Origin: a virus
Length of the DNA: 25,293 nucleotides
UHGV virus genome: UHGV-0110227
Reading direction: 5' to 3' (one strand)
In this document: positions 13,938 to 23,966 of the stretch, piece after piece
Position numbering within the stretch: position 1 is the stretch's first letter
How the letters are laid out: every line of letters begins with the position of its first letter
Translations under genes and position numbers: made by a program
The notes under the pieces: generated by a model
What the model saw: the letters and a program-made list of their open reading frames with translations, nothing else
Database searches by the model: none
Told to the model about the DNA's origin: nothing

Positions 13938-16136
13938 ATGGCAGAAAAAAAGATGACTGACTGGCATCGCAAGGTGCTGTGCAACTTTGATAATGCCTGG
14001 TCAGCAACGCAGGATATGCGTGAGCAGATTATTGAGGCTCAACGTTTCGTCCGGGTATCCGGCGCACAGTGGGAAGGCAGCACAAACGCTGGTTACTCAT
14101 TTGATGAAGGCAGGTTTGAGCATTACCCGCGCTTTGAACTGAATAAGATTGCCCGTGAATGTGATCGCATCATTGGCGAGTATCGACAGAATCGCATCAG
14201 CGTTAAATTCAGGCCGAAGGATGACAAGGCATCGGAAGCGTTAGCCGAAAAGATGAACGGCAAATTCCGCGCTGACTATCAGGAAACATCCGGTGGTGAA
14301 GCGTGTGATAACGCATTTGATGATGCTGTAACGGGCGGATTCGGTTGTTTCCGCATGTGTGCCGATTACGAAGATGAAATGGATCCGAGTAATGAGCAGC
14401 GCCGTATAAGCCTTCTCCCGGTTTACGACCCAGCGACATGCGTTTTCTTCGATCAGGACAGCAAGCAATATGACCGCTCTGATGCTATGTGGGCTATGGA
14501 AATGTTCTCCATGACGCCTAAAGCGTTCGAGGCTGAATACCCTGATTCCACCGCGGCAAGCCTTTCTCGTGATGACACTGGCACTCAATATGACTGGTCA
14601 ACGCCAGATGCCATCTATGTTGGACGCTACTACGAAGTTCGCATAGAGAAGGTGAAGCTCACGGCGTGGCGCAACCCTGTTAGCGGAGAAACGGCAATCT
14701 ATGATGAAGAGCAAATCAAAGATATTGTCGACGAGCTGACCGATGGTGCATTCGAACTGATTGGCGAGCGAACGGTGAAGAAACGCCGCGTTTATTGCGG
14801 CCTTCTGTCTGGCGCTGAATGGCTGGAAGAACCGAAGCGTATTCCTGGCGAACATATTCCACTCATCCCGGTATATGGGCGTCGCTCATTTGTTGATAAT
14901 CAGGAGCGAATCGAAGGTCACGCAGCAAAAGCGATGGATGCACAGCGTCTTGAGAACCTGATGGTTTCCATGATTGCAGATAACGCTACTCAGGCTGGCG
15001 GTGATGGCATTCCTGTAGTTGATGTTGACATGATTCCTGGTCCTCTCGCCACTCATTGGGCGGAGCGCAACAAAAAGCGCCCGGCGTTCCTGCCGATGGT
15101 CAGTCTGAAAAACAAAAACGGAGATATTACTGCGCAGGCTCAGGTCAGCAGTTATACGCCTCCGACACAAATGCCTCCAGCTCTTGCCGGGCTATTGCAG
15201 TACACCGGAACGGCTATTCAGCAAATTACAGGTGCGTCGCAGCTTGAGAACATGCCGAGCAACGTCGCTACCGATACCGTTGATAGCATCTTTAACCGGA
15301 TGGACACGCAGTCCTATATCTACATGGACAACATGGCTAAATCCATGCGCCGTGCTGGCGTCGTGTGGCTTTCTATGGCTCGTGAAGTCTATGGCAGCGA
15401 TACGCCAATGCGCATCGTTAATGAGGATGGCAGCGATGACGTGGCGCTGATGACTGGTGAAGTGGTTGACCGTCAGACAGGGCAGGTTATCGCGCTTAAC
15501 GACCTTTCGCAGGGTAACTATGAAGTGACTGTCGATGTCGGTCAGTCGTTCGCTACTCGCCGTGATGCAACGGTTAAGTCGTTACTTTCCATGCTGGCAC
15601 TTATCCCACCAGGAACGCCGAAGCACGACCTTGTATCGTCGATGATTCTCGACAATATGGACGGCGAAGGGATGGACGACCTGAAAGAATACAACCGCAA
15701 TCAGTTGCTTCTGTCTGGCGTTATCAAGCCGAGAACGCCTGAAGAACAGCAAATGGTTGAGCAGGCGAAACAACAACAGGCCAGTCAGCCAGATCCGGCT
15801 ATGGTTGCAGCGCAAGGTCAGCTTCTTGCTGGTCAGGCTGAATTGCAGAAAGCGCAGAACGAGCAGGCAGCCATTCAGGTTAAAGCATTCCAGGCACAGA
15901 CTGATGCTCAGGTTGCAGCGGCAAATGTTGTGAAAATACTCGCATCTGCCGATAGCCAGCAGAAATCTGATATCCGCGAGGCTCTGAAACTGCTCGGACA
16001 GTTCCAGCAACAGCAAGGAGACAATGCCCGTGCTGATGCAGAGCTTGTCCTGAAAAGTCAGGCACAGGGCCATGCGCAGCGCATGGACATCAGCAGCATC
16101 CTGCAAAAATCAACCCGGCAACAACCACAGCAGTAA
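13938..16136 (+). CDS. Portal protein (P22 gp1 family)
   Basis: 732 aa. Segments such as YYEV...VYDEEQIKDIVDELTDGAFELIGERTVKKRRVY, GEHIPLIPVYG and a C-terminal Q/A-rich helical tail ending QRMDISSILQ resemble the P22 portal, including its long C-terminal barrel helix. Confidence 0.9.
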   Translation: MAEKKMTDWHRKVLCNFDNAWSATQDMREQIIEAQRFVRVSGAQWEGSTNAGYSFDEGRFEHYPRFELNKIARECDRIIGEYRQNRISVKFRPKDDKASEALAEKMNGKFRADYQETSGGEACDNAFDDAVTGGFGCFRMCADYEDEMDPSNEQRRISLLPVYDPATCVFFDQDSKQYDRSDAMWAMEMFSMTPKAFEAEYPDSTAASLSRDDTGTQYDWSTPDAIYVGRYYEVRIEKVKLTAWRNPVSGETAIYDEEQIKDIVDELTDGAFELIGERTVKKRRVYCGLLSGAEWLEEPKRIPGEHIPLIPVYGRRSFVDNQERIEGHAAKAMDAQRLENLMVSMIADNATQAGGDGIPVVDVDMIPGPLATHWAERNKKRPAFLPMVSLKNKNGDITAQAQVSSYTPPTQMPPALAGLLQYTGTAIQQITGASQLENMPSNVATDTVDSIFNRMDTQSYIYMDNMAKSMRRAGVVWLSMAREVYGSDTPMRIVNEDGSDDVALMTGEVVDRQTGQVIALNDLSQGNYEVTVDVGQSFATRRDATVKSLLSMLALIPPGTPKHDLVSSMILDNMDGEGMDDLKEYNRNQLLLSGVIKPRTPEEQQMVEQAKQQQASQPDPAMVAAQGQLLAGQAELQKAQNEQAAIQVKAFQAQTDAQVAAANVVKILASADSQQKSDIREALKLLGQFQQQQGDNARADAELVLKSQAQGHAQRMDISSILQKSTRQQPQQ

Positions 16137-16226
16137 TTAACCCATAACGTGCAATGGCTGTCTTTATGAGGCCTGGCACCCTATTGCCTTCCGATGGGCT
16201 GAACATCGAGTAAACAGGGGTAACAA

Positions 16227-17120
16227 ATGGACCAGATGGCAGAAAACACACCAGAAGTTGAAATCGAAACCGACGCGTCAGAGCAGATTCCTGATGATGT
16301 CGAACTGGCTGAAGAAGTCGAAACAGAAGATGGCAGTGAGTCCTCCGGCAATGATGCAGAGGAAGCTACTGAAACTGATGACGACGAATCGGAACAGGAA
16401 TTCTACTTTGGTGACGAAAAGCTGGATTCGCCAACCAGCGAAGATGGCGCAGAGCATGGACTGGTAAAACACCTGCGCAAGACGATTAAAGAGAAAGACC
16501 GTGAGCTGAAAGAGCTGATGCGTCAGTCTCAGAAACCCGTCGAGCAGCAGCCGGTAATTACTCAACCACCGCGAATGCCAAAACTGGATGATGAGGACAT
16601 CGGTTTCGATGAAGAAATCTACCAGCAACGCATGGCTAAGTGGGCAGAGGATAACGGCAAGTACCAGCAACAGGAGATGGCTCGCAAGCAGAAGGAGCAG
16701 GAGCTTCAGGCTGCTTATCAAGAGCGATTATCCCAATATCAGCAACGTGTTAAGGCTCTCAAGGTTCCTGGCTATCAGGAAGCAGAACAGGCCGTACTCG
16801 AGGAAATCCCCATCGAGACACAAAACGCGATCCTGTTTGAGTCAGAGAAGCCGGAAATCGTTGTTCTGGCACTCGGTCGCAACGCTGAACTGCGCAAGCA
16901 ACTGGCAGAAGCTACCAACCCCGTAGCAATTGGTCGTCTGCTGGAACGTATCGAATCGAAGGCCAGAATCATGCCAAAAGCAAAAACCACGGCAGCCACA
17001 ACCCCGACAGTTAAGGGGAGCAACGGCGCAGTAATCAATAACCTCGACAAACTGAAAGCCAAGGCGCTGGAAACTGGTGACTGGACGCCGTATTTCGCCG
17101 CTAAAAAGGCAAAAAAATAA
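16227..17120 (+). CDS. Scaffolding protein
   Basis: 297 aa between portal and coat. Highly acidic N-terminus; helical, charged, Q/E/K-rich body; basic C-terminal tail (KKAKK). Confidence 0.75.
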   Translation: MDQMAENTPEVEIETDASEQIPDDVELAEEVETEDGSESSGNDAEEATETDDDESEQEFYFGDEKLDSPTSEDGAEHGLVKHLRKTIKEKDRELKELMRQSQKPVEQQPVITQPPRMPKLDDEDIGFDEEIYQQRMAKWAEDNGKYQQQEMARKQKEQELQAAYQERLSQYQQRVKALKVPGYQEAEQAVLEEIPIETQNAILFESEKPEIVVLALGRNAELRKQLAEATNPVAIGRLLERIESKARIMPKAKTTAATTPTVKGSNGAVINNLDKLKAKALETGDWTPYFAAKKAKK

Positions 17121-17138
17121 CCTATCGGAGCATTAAGC

Positions 17139-18392
17139 ATGGCTAACCAATTAGCAAAAGACCTTGAAATCATGTTCGAAAACTACGTTGAAGGCTTTGA
17201 GGCCGCCTGCGTAGTTTCCCGTAACGCTAAAAAATTCCGTCCCGGTGATACAGCAATGCAGCGAGCAGGTGATGTTCTGTATCGTCCGCAGCATTACCAC
17301 ATGAACATTGAGGAAGGCCTCGACCTCAGCAGCAAAACGCCAACAGCACTGGTTCAGCGCCTTGTTCCTTCAGTGTTCAAGGAGCCGAAAAACATTCTGT
17401 ACACTCTGGATGCGCGTGAAATGCGTGACCCGGAACATAAAACTGAAGCTGGTCGAGCCGCAGGTATGCGCCTTGCTGCACAGATTGACTCTGACCTGAT
17501 TTCCATGGTTACGCAGCGTGCTACTAACGTGATCACAATGGCTGACTCAACCACTGGTTCACAGGGCCGTGATTTGTGGAACTGTGCGGCAGGTATTGAT
17601 GCCACCATGACGGCGATTGGTGTACCTCAGGGTATCAACCGTCGCTCTTTCTGGAACCCCTTCAACTACAAAGACCTTGCTGGCGAGCTTGGTCACCGTG
17701 CCTATGCTCAGGGCGCAACCCTGACAGCATACGAAAAAGCGCAGATCCCTCCGGTTGCTTCCTTCGATAGCTACAAGACCGATATTTCTGGTCGTGTTCC
17801 GAAGGGTACAGCAACTTCCATTACGCTGGCAGCAGCACCTGCGCACAAGGTTGAAGCGAAAGATGCTAACGATATGCCAGTGGATAACCGACAGGGGACC
17901 ATTACGGTATCTGCTGAAGGTTTGCAGGTTGGCGATGCGTTTACCATTGCAGGGGTGAATTCTGTACACCAGATCACCAAAGATACCACCGGGCAGCCGC
18001 AGGTATTCCGCGTTCTGGCAGTAAGCGGAACGACAGTAACTATCTCCCCGAAAATTCTGCCGCCTGACAACGCGGATGTCGCCAGCCGACCATATGCAAA
18101 CGTTGATGCTAACGCGGCAAATAGCGCAGCAATCACCATTCTCAACAAGAATGCCGCACTGGCTAACCTGTTCTGGGCTGATGGTTCTGTTGAACTGATG
18201 TACGGTAAACTGGCGTTCCCGACTGGTCAGGGGCCACAGGTAATGACAGCAACCACCGAGCAGGGCGCTACGCTGATCATGTCTTACGCCTTCGACCACA
18301 TCAAAGGCGTAACCACTGCGCGTTTCACCACTCTGTACGGTTGCTCTGTACTTGTTCCTGAATATACGGGCATCGTTATTGCCGGGCAGTAA
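17139..18392 (+). CDS. Major capsid (coat) protein, P22 gp5 type
   Basis: 417 aa immediately after the scaffold gene, followed by a strong terminator. Local similarity to P22 coat (YANV...FWAD) from recall. Confidence 0.85.
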   Translation: MANQLAKDLEIMFENYVEGFEAACVVSRNAKKFRPGDTAMQRAGDVLYRPQHYHMNIEEGLDLSSKTPTALVQRLVPSVFKEPKNILYTLDAREMRDPEHKTEAGRAAGMRLAAQIDSDLISMVTQRATNVITMADSTTGSQGRDLWNCAAGIDATMTAIGVPQGINRRSFWNPFNYKDLAGELGHRAYAQGATLTAYEKAQIPPVASFDSYKTDISGRVPKGTATSITLAAAPAHKVEAKDANDMPVDNRQGTITVSAEGLQVGDAFTIAGVNSVHQITKDTTGQPQVFRVLAVSGTTVTISPKILPPDNADVASRPYANVDANAANSAAITILNKNAALANLFWADGSVELMYGKLAFPTGQGPQVMTATTEQGATLIMSYAFDHIKGVTTARFTTLYGCSVLVPEYTGIVIAGQ

Positions 18393-18396
18393 TTTT

Positions 18397-18419
18397 GGTG
18401 GGGCTTCGGCCCCATTTTT
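18397..18419 (+). terminator. Intrinsic terminator directly after the coat gene (UUCG tetraloop hairpin plus T5)
   Basis: TGGGGC-TTCG-GCCCCA followed by TTTTTAT, starting 5 nt after the coat stop. Confidence 0.85.
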
Positions 18420-18433
18420 ATTGGGAGAAGACA

Positions 18434-18622
18434 ATGGCACGAACAATGCTCTATAAGCCTGGCAACATGATCACCTGTGGTCAGTTTGCTGTCGATTACA
18501 TCATTGTTGATGGCGAAGAAGTTAAATCTCACCTGAAAAAAGGTTGGGTAAAAACTCCTGAAGAAACCGCAACGAAGCAAAAAGTGGCTAAGGCGGAAGA
18601 AGATGGCGAAAACGAAGGGTGA
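18434..18622 (+). CDS. Hypothetical small protein (62 aa) between coat and gp4
   Basis: ATG at 18434 with GGGAGAAG SD. Translation MARTMLYKPGNMITCGQFAVDYIIVDGEEVKSHLKKGWVKTPEETATKQKVAKAEEDGENEG. The 3' end overlaps the gp4 start. The track start at 18395 lies inside the terminator. Confidence 0.55.
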   Translation: MARTMLYKPGNMITCGQFAVDYIIVDGEEVKSHLKKGWVKTPEETATKQKVAKAEEDGENEG

Positions 18623-19064
18623 TCTCGTTCTAAAGGCTTTACGAAAAGCCGGACTGTATTCCAATGCCACGTTGACAGATGCTGACCCTCAGGCAATTGA
18701 AGATGCCATTAATGACCTCGAAGACATGATGGCAGCATGGCAGGCTAAAGGTATCGAGCTTGGGTATCAGTTTGCTGATACAGAAAACGGCATCATGCCG
18801 TTACCTGACGATGATTCAGGTATCCCTGCATGGGCAAATGATGGCGTCGCTTTGAAACTCGCTGTGCAAGTGTGCATGGATAACGTCATTCAGCCGTCAG
18901 ACGCTCTCCTTACCGCTGCTGACAGTGCATATCAAACAATCTGTATCGCTTTAACCAAAATACCACCACTTGAGCGGCGAAATGACATGCCTCGCGGTAG
19001 TGGTAACAAAAGCGCGTTTACGTGGAATCGGTTTTACATCGAGAAAGATGATCCGAGTACGTGA
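18603..19064 (+). CDS. Head completion / tail accessory factor gp4 (P22-type)
   Basis: 153 aa. N-terminal KTKGDLVLKALRKAGLYSNATLTDADPQAIEDAINDLEDMMAAWQ resembles P22 gp4 as I recall it. Confidence 0.85.
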   Translation: MAKTKGDLVLKALRKAGLYSNATLTDADPQAIEDAINDLEDMMAAWQAKGIELGYQFADTENGIMPLPDDDSGIPAWANDGVALKLAVQVCMDNVIQPSDALLTAADSAYQTICIALTKIPPLERRNDMPRGSGNKSAFTWNRFYIEKDDPST

Positions 19065-19073
19065 GGTGAATAA

Positions 19074-20492
19074 ATGCCGATTCAGCAACTTCCGCTTATG
19101 AAAGGTGTCGGCAAAGACTTCCGAAACGCTGACTATATCGACTATCTGCCAGTGAATATGCTGGCTACACCCAAAGAAATCCTGAACAGCAGCGGATATC
19201 TTCGCTCATTCCCTGGCATTGCCAAACGCTCTGATGTGAACGGTGTATCTCGCGGCGTCGAGTACAACATGGCGCAGAATGCTGTTTATCGTGTGTGTGG
19301 TGGCAAGCTGTACAAAGGAGAAAGTGAAGTCGGTGACGTCGCCGGAAGTGGTCGCGTATCAATGGCGCATGGTCGTACATCTCAGGCGATAGGTGTTAAT
19401 GGTCAACTGGTCGAGTATCGCTATGATGGCACGATTAAAACCGTCTCAAACTGGCCTACAGATAGCGGATTCACTCAGTATGAGCTAGGTTCGGTTCGTG
19501 ACATTACGCGCTTACGTGGGCGTTATGCGTGGTCAAAAGACGGCACCGATTCATGGTTTATCACTGACCTTGAAGACGAATCGCATCCTGACCGCTACAG
19601 TGCACAATATCGTGCCGAGTCTCAGCCGGACGGCATCATCGGCATAGGTACATGGCGAGATTTCATCGTCTGTTTTGGTTCATCGACGATTGAATATTTC
19701 TCCCTGACTGGTGCAACCACAGTTGGTGCTGCTTTGTATGTCGCCCAGCCATCGCTGATGGTGCAGAAAGGCATTGCCGGGACTTACTGCAAAACGCCAT
19801 TCTCTGATTCATATGCGTTCATCAGCAATCCGGCAACAGGTGCGCCGTCTGTGTACATCATCGGCTCCGGTCAGGTGTCACCAATCGCCAGTGCGAGCAT
19901 TGAGAAAATCCTCCGCTCCTACACTGCTGATGAACTGGCTGATGGCGTGATGGAATCGTTGCGGTTTGATGCTCATGAGTTGCTGATTATCCATCTTCCG
20001 CGTCACGTCCTCGTGTACGACGCATCTTCAAGCGCCAATGGTCCACAATGGTGTGTGCTGAAAACAGGCTTATATGACGATGTGTACCGCGCTATCGACT
20101 TCATTTACGAAGGCAATCAGATAACGTGTGGCGATAAGCTGGAATCGGTTATCGGCAAATTGCAGTTCGATATCAGCAGCCAGTACGACAAGCAACAGGA
20201 ACACCTGTTGTTTACTCCGTTGTTCAAAGCGGATAACGCAAGAGTGTTCGACCTTGAGGTTGAATCTTCAACTGGCGTTGCGCAGTACGCTGACCGCCTG
20301 TTCCTCTCTGCAACCACTGACGGAATCAATTACGGGCGTGAGCAGATGATTGAGCAGAATGAACCGTTCGTTTATGACAAACGTGTTTTGTGGAAGCGAG
20401 TCGGGCGCATCAGGAAAAATGTCGGCTTCAAATTGCGCGTTATCACGAAGTCACCTGTCACTATGTCAGGCTGCCAGATAAGGATTGAGTAA
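19074..20492 (+). CDS. Tail accessory factor gp10 (P22-type)
   Basis: 472 aa. Translation [65 protein letters not shown]... is near-identical along its length to P22 gp10 as I recall it. Confidence 0.93.
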   Translation: MPIQQLPLMKGVGKDFRNADYIDYLPVNMLATPKEILNSSGYLRSFPGIAKRSDVNGVSRGVEYNMAQNAVYRVCGGKLYKGESEVGDVAGSGRVSMAHGRTSQAIGVNGQLVEYRYDGTIKTVSNWPTDSGFTQYELGSVRDITRLRGRYAWSKDGTDSWFITDLEDESHPDRYSAQYRAESQPDGIIGIGTWRDFIVCFGSSTIEYFSLTGATTVGAALYVAQPSLMVQKGIAGTYCKTPFSDSYAFISNPATGAPSVYIIGSGQVSPIASASIEKILRSYTADELADGVMESLRFDAHELLIIHLPRHVLVYDASSSANGPQWCVLKTGLYDDVYRAIDFIYEGNQITCGDKLESVIGKLQFDISSQYDKQQEHLLFTPLFKADNARVFDLEVESSTGVAQYADRLFLSATTDGINYGREQMIEQNEPFVYDKRVLWKRVGRIRKNVGFKLRVITKSPVTMSGCQIRIE

Positions 20493-21340
20493 TGGCTGAT
20501 TCGAATCTCAATGTGCCGGTAATCATTCAGGCTACACGACTCGACACATCAGTCCTTCCGCGTAATATCTTCTCGCAGTCATATCTGCTGTACGTTATTG
20601 CACAGGGTACTGATGTTGGTAATGTGGCTAACAAGGCCAACGAGGCCGGACAGGGCGCTTATGATGCGCAAGTCAGGAACGATGAGCAGGATGTGATTCT
20701 CGCTGACCATGAGCAGCGAATTTCTGCTGCGGAAGCAACGCTTGTTAATCATGAGGAGCGAATCAGCCAGGCAGAATCAACTCTTCAGGAACATGAAACA
20801 CGAATAGTTCAGAATGAAAGCGATATTGCGTCGCTTGATACCAGAGTTCAGTCGCTGGAATTGCAGGTTTCAGGCCATGAAACGCGCATCGATGCTCTGG
20901 AGTATGCCACTACTCGCAAGAAGTCAGAGGTTGTTTACTCTGGCGTATCTGTAACCATCCCGACAGCGCCGACTAACCTTGTTAGCCTGCTGAAAACGCT
21001 CACGCCGTCATCCGGAACGTTGGCACCATTCTTCGACACCGTTAACAACAAGATGGTTGTGTTCAACGAGAACAAAACCTTGTTCTTCAAGCTGTCGATT
21101 GTCGGGACGTGGCCCAGCGGAACCGCAAACAGGTCAATGCAGCTAACCTTTTCCGGCTCTGTTCCTGACACACTGGTTAGCAGTCGTAATGCGGCGACAA
21201 CAACCGACAACATCCTGTTAGCTACGTTCTTCAGCGTGGATAAAGACGGATTTCTTGCCACAAATGGCAGTACGTTAACCATCCAGTCAAATGGTGCGGC
21301 GTTTACTGCCACAACCATCAAGATAATCGCGGAGCAGTGA
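20492..21340 (+). CDS. Tail needle protein gp26 (trimeric coiled-coil fibre) with an extended C-terminal domain
   Basis: 282 aa. N-terminus [43 protein letters not shown]...NDEQDV resembles P22 gp26. Middle carries repeated HE(Q/E/T)RI heptad-like units. The C-terminal 130 aa or so are S/T/N-rich and unlike P22. Confidence 0.88.
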   Translation: MADSNLNVPVIIQATRLDTSVLPRNIFSQSYLLYVIAQGTDVGNVANKANEAGQGAYDAQVRNDEQDVILADHEQRISAAEATLVNHEERISQAESTLQEHETRIVQNESDIASLDTRVQSLELQVSGHETRIDALEYATTRKKSEVVYSGVSVTIPTAPTNLVSLLKTLTPSSGTLAPFFDTVNNKMVVFNENKTLFFKLSIVGTWPSGTANRSMQLTFSGSVPDTLVSSRNAATTTDNILLATFFSVDKDGFLATNGSTLTIQSNGAAFTATTIKIIAEQ

Positions 21341-21795
21341 TGATTCAGTTCAAACCAACGCGAAACATCGACCTGATCGAAGCAGTCGGAAATCACCCTG
21401 ACATTATTGCCGGGAGCAACAACGGTGATGGATACGACTACAAACCTGATTGCCGTTACTTTGAGGTGAACGTGCACGGGCAGTTCGGCGGCATTGTTTA
21501 CTATCAGGAGATTCAGCCGCTGACATTCGATTGCCACGCCATGTACCTGCCAGAGATTCGCGGCTTCAGCAAGGAAATTGGGCTGGCGTTCTGGCGATAC
21601 ATTCTGACTAACACCACCGTTCAGTGCGTCACATCGTTCGCCGCACGCAAATTCCGCCACGGTCAGATGTACTGCGCAATGATTGGCCTTAAGCGTGTCG
21701 GAACCATCAAGAAATACTTCAAAGGCGTGGATGACGTGACATTTTACAGCGCTACACGCGAAGAACTAATCGACTTCCTGAATCACAGGAGATAG
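21340..21795 (+). CDS. Head assembly / ejection-associated protein gp14 (P22-type, by position)
   Basis: ATG at 21340 overlaps the gp26 stop. The track start at 21337 is GTG. 151 aa in the gene-14 position between the needle gene and gp7. Confidence 0.7.
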   Translation: MIQFKPTRNIDLIEAVGNHPDIIAGSNNGDGYDYKPDCRYFEVNVHGQFGGIVYYQEIQPLTFDCHAMYLPEIRGFSKEIGLAFWRYILTNTTVQCVTSFAARKFRHGQMYCAMIGLKRVGTIKKYFKGVDDVTFYSATREELIDFLNHRR

Positions 21796-21797
21796 CC

Positions 21798-22490
21798 ATG
21801 TTATATGCATTTAAGCTGGGCAGAAAACTGCGCGGCGAGGAACCTTTTTTCCCTGAAAAAGGCGGGAAAGGTGGCAGTTCTGATAAAAGCGCAAAGTATG
21901 CAGCAGAAGCTCAGAAGTATGCCGCAGACCTGCAAAATCAGCAGTGGCAGACGATCATGAAAAACCTTGCTCCGTTCACGCCGCTTGCGGAGCAGTATGT
22001 TAACCAGCTTCAGAACCTTTCCAGTTTAGAAGGTCAGGGGCAGGCACTTAATCAGTATTACAACTCTCAGCAGTATAAAGACCTTGCAGGTCAGGCTCGT
22101 TACCAGAGTCTTGCTGCTGCGGAGGCTACGGGAGGACTTGGTTCGACAGCCACAAGCAATCAACTGGCTACGATCGCTCCGACACTCGGTCAGTCTTGGT
22201 TATCAAATCAGATGAGCAATTACAACAATCTGGCAAACGTTGGGCTTGGTGCGCTGCAAGGTCAGGCAAACGCCGGGCAGACATACGCCAACAACATGAG
22301 CAGCATTGCACAGCAAAGCGCAGCTCTTGCCGCTGCTAATGCCAACAAACCATCAAGTCTTCAGACTGCAATTAGCGGTGGCACGTCTGGTGCGATTGCC
22401 GGTGCAGGTCTTGCCAGCCTTTTGGGAACATCAACACCTTGGGGCGCTGGAATTGGTGCTGGTATCGGATTGCTTGGCTCGTTGTTTTAA
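21798..22490 (+). CDS. Ejection protein gp7 (P22-type)
   Basis: 230 aa. Translation MLYAFKLGRKLRGEEPFFPEKGGKGGSSDKSAKYAAEAQKYAADLQNQQ... and the Gly/Ala-rich hydrophobic C-terminus resemble P22 gp7 as I recall it. Confidence 0.9.
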   Translation: MLYAFKLGRKLRGEEPFFPEKGGKGGSSDKSAKYAAEAQKYAADLQNQQWQTIMKNLAPFTPLAEQYVNQLQNLSSLEGQGQALNQYYNSQQYKDLAGQARYQSLAAAEATGGLGSTATSNQLATIAPTLGQSWLSNQMSNYNNLANVGLGALQGQANAGQTYANNMSSIAQQSAALAAANANKPSSLQTAISGGTSGAIAGAGLASLLGTSTPWGAGIGAGIGLLGSLF

Positions 22491-22499
22491 GGGGTAATC

Positions 22500-23966
22500 A
22501 TGGCTACTTGGCAAGGATCAAATGGCGGATTGTTGGCTGGTATCGGCGGCGTCAACTCAAACGCTCCGAGCGTAAATGACATCGGCAATACGCTTCAGCT
22601 TATCAGGCAGAACAATGATATTGAGCGTTCAGGCGCTAACAATGTTGGGCTGACTGCTTTGCAAGGTCTTTCAGGTGTTGCAGGGGTGTTTCAGCAGGAA
22701 AAGCAGGCTCAGCGGCAGAAAGAATTTCAGCAGGCGTATGCTAATGCTTATGCGTCTGGTGATCGCGGTGCTTTGCGTCAGTTGGCTACTCAATATCCAG
22801 ACCAGATTGAATCCGTTCGTAAAGGCATGGGATTCATTGATGAAGATCAGCGTAATTCTATCGGCACCTTAGCGGCTGGCGCACGCCTTGCGTCATCGTC
22901 TCCAGAAGCAATGCAATCATGGCTGCAAAACAACGCCAAGGAACTGGCGCGCGTCGGTGTTGACCCTAACAACGTTGCTCAGATGTATCAGCAGAATCCT
23001 TCAGGGTTTGGTGAGTTTGTTGATCACCTTGGGATGGCTGCTCTCGGTCCGATTGACTACTTCAATGTTCAGGACAAGATGGCTGGTCGTGAGATTGACC
23101 GAGGCAGGCTGGCAGAGACAATCCGCAGCAATCAGGCTGGCGAGGCACTTCAGGCGAGAGGGCAGGATATTAGCCGAGCAAATGCGTTAACGTCAGCATA
23201 TGCACCAACAGCCGCAATGCAGAATTACAATCAGTACGCGCAAATGTTAAAGGCGGATCCAGATGGTGCAGCGGCATTTGCGGCAGCGGCGGGAATTAAT
23301 CCCAATGCTAAGAAATTACTTAAGGTTGAAACCAATCCTGATGGCTCGGTAACTAAGTATTACACCGATGGCAGCGAGGAAGCCGGAAAACTAAACCAAC
23401 CTATATCTGGTGATGGCATTAAACCAATTAGTTTGCCACAAGCGCAAAGCATCATAGATAAGGCTAATGAGGGTTCCAAGAAGGCGGCAGGATTTGCTTT
23501 GCGATTAAAAGATTCAATGGACTCAATGAATCAGCTTAGTAAAAGCATTGACCCTAAGCGAGTTGCATTAATAAATCGCTCTCTTGGTGATGGGACTATT
23601 GCAAATTTAAGCCTATCACCAGCGGAGCAGCAATATATGGTAAATGCGAGAGACGCCTTGTATGCAATTTTGCGCCCAGAAACAGGTGCAGCAATTACTC
23701 TGCCAGAGATGCAGGAGTATTCCAAAATGTACCTGCCTCAGCCTGGTGATTCCAAGGCTGCTACTGAAACAAAAATGCGAAAAATGCAGGGCCAATATAA
23801 CTCATTACGTGGTCAGTCTGGTCGCGTTTATGATGCTTTGGTGGTTTCAAGTGCTGCAAATAGTCAACAACAGAGCAATAGCCAACAACCGACAAATACC
23901 CAACAGCAGCAGAGTCAATCCGGATCATATACCTCAAAATCAGGCATTCAATTTACGGTGGAATGA
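22500..23966 (+). CDS. Ejection protein gp20 (P22-type)
   Basis: 488 aa in the gene-20 position, with a Q/S/N-rich low-complexity C-terminal tail. Confidence 0.8.
   Translation: MATWQGSNGGLLAGIGGVNSNAPSVNDIGNTLQLIRQNNDIERSGANNVGLTALQGLSGVAGVFQQEKQAQRQKEFQQAYANAYASGDRGALRQLATQYPDQIESVRKGMGFIDEDQRNSIGTLAAGARLASSSPEAMQSWLQNNAKELARVGVDPNNVAQMYQQNPSGFGEFVDHLGMAALGPIDYFNVQDKMAGREIDRGRLAETIRSNQAGEALQARGQDISRANALTSAYAPTAAMQNYNQYAQMLKADPDGAAAFAAAAGINPNAKKLLKVETNPDGSVTKYYTDGSEEAGKLNQPISGDGIKPISLPQAQSIIDKANEGSKKAAGFALRLKDSMDSMNQLSKSIDPKRVALINRSLGDGTIANLSLSPAEQQYMVNARDALYAILRPETGAAITLPEMQEYSKMYLPQPGDSKAATETKMRKMQGQYNSLRGQSGRVYDALVVSSAANSQQQSNSQQPTNTQQQQSQSGSYTSKSGIQFTVE

Noticed and set aside
15582-16106. 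174-aa ORF antisense to the portal gene
   Set aside because: Antisense to a strongly supported portal gene, with a Cys/Leu-rich translation and no start context.
16278-16721. 147-aa ORF antisense to the scaffold gene
   Set aside because: Leu-rich translation typical of the reverse strand of an acidic, Glu/Gln-rich gene. Antisense artefact.
17559-18446. 295-aa ORF antisense to the coat gene
   Set aside because: It lies entirely within and opposite a well-supported coat gene. Its translation is Cys/Arg/Pro-rich, typical of a chance antisense frame, and it has no SD.
20935-21660. 241-aa ORF antisense across the gp26/gp14 junction
   Set aside because: It spans two well-supported plus-strand genes on the opposite strand and has no SD.
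22306-23190. Small alternative-frame ORFs inside gp7 and gp20 (22306..22497, 22675..22872, 22888..23190)
   Set aside because: They are embedded in well-supported ejection protein genes, have no independent start signals, and give Arg/Leu/Cys-rich translations.
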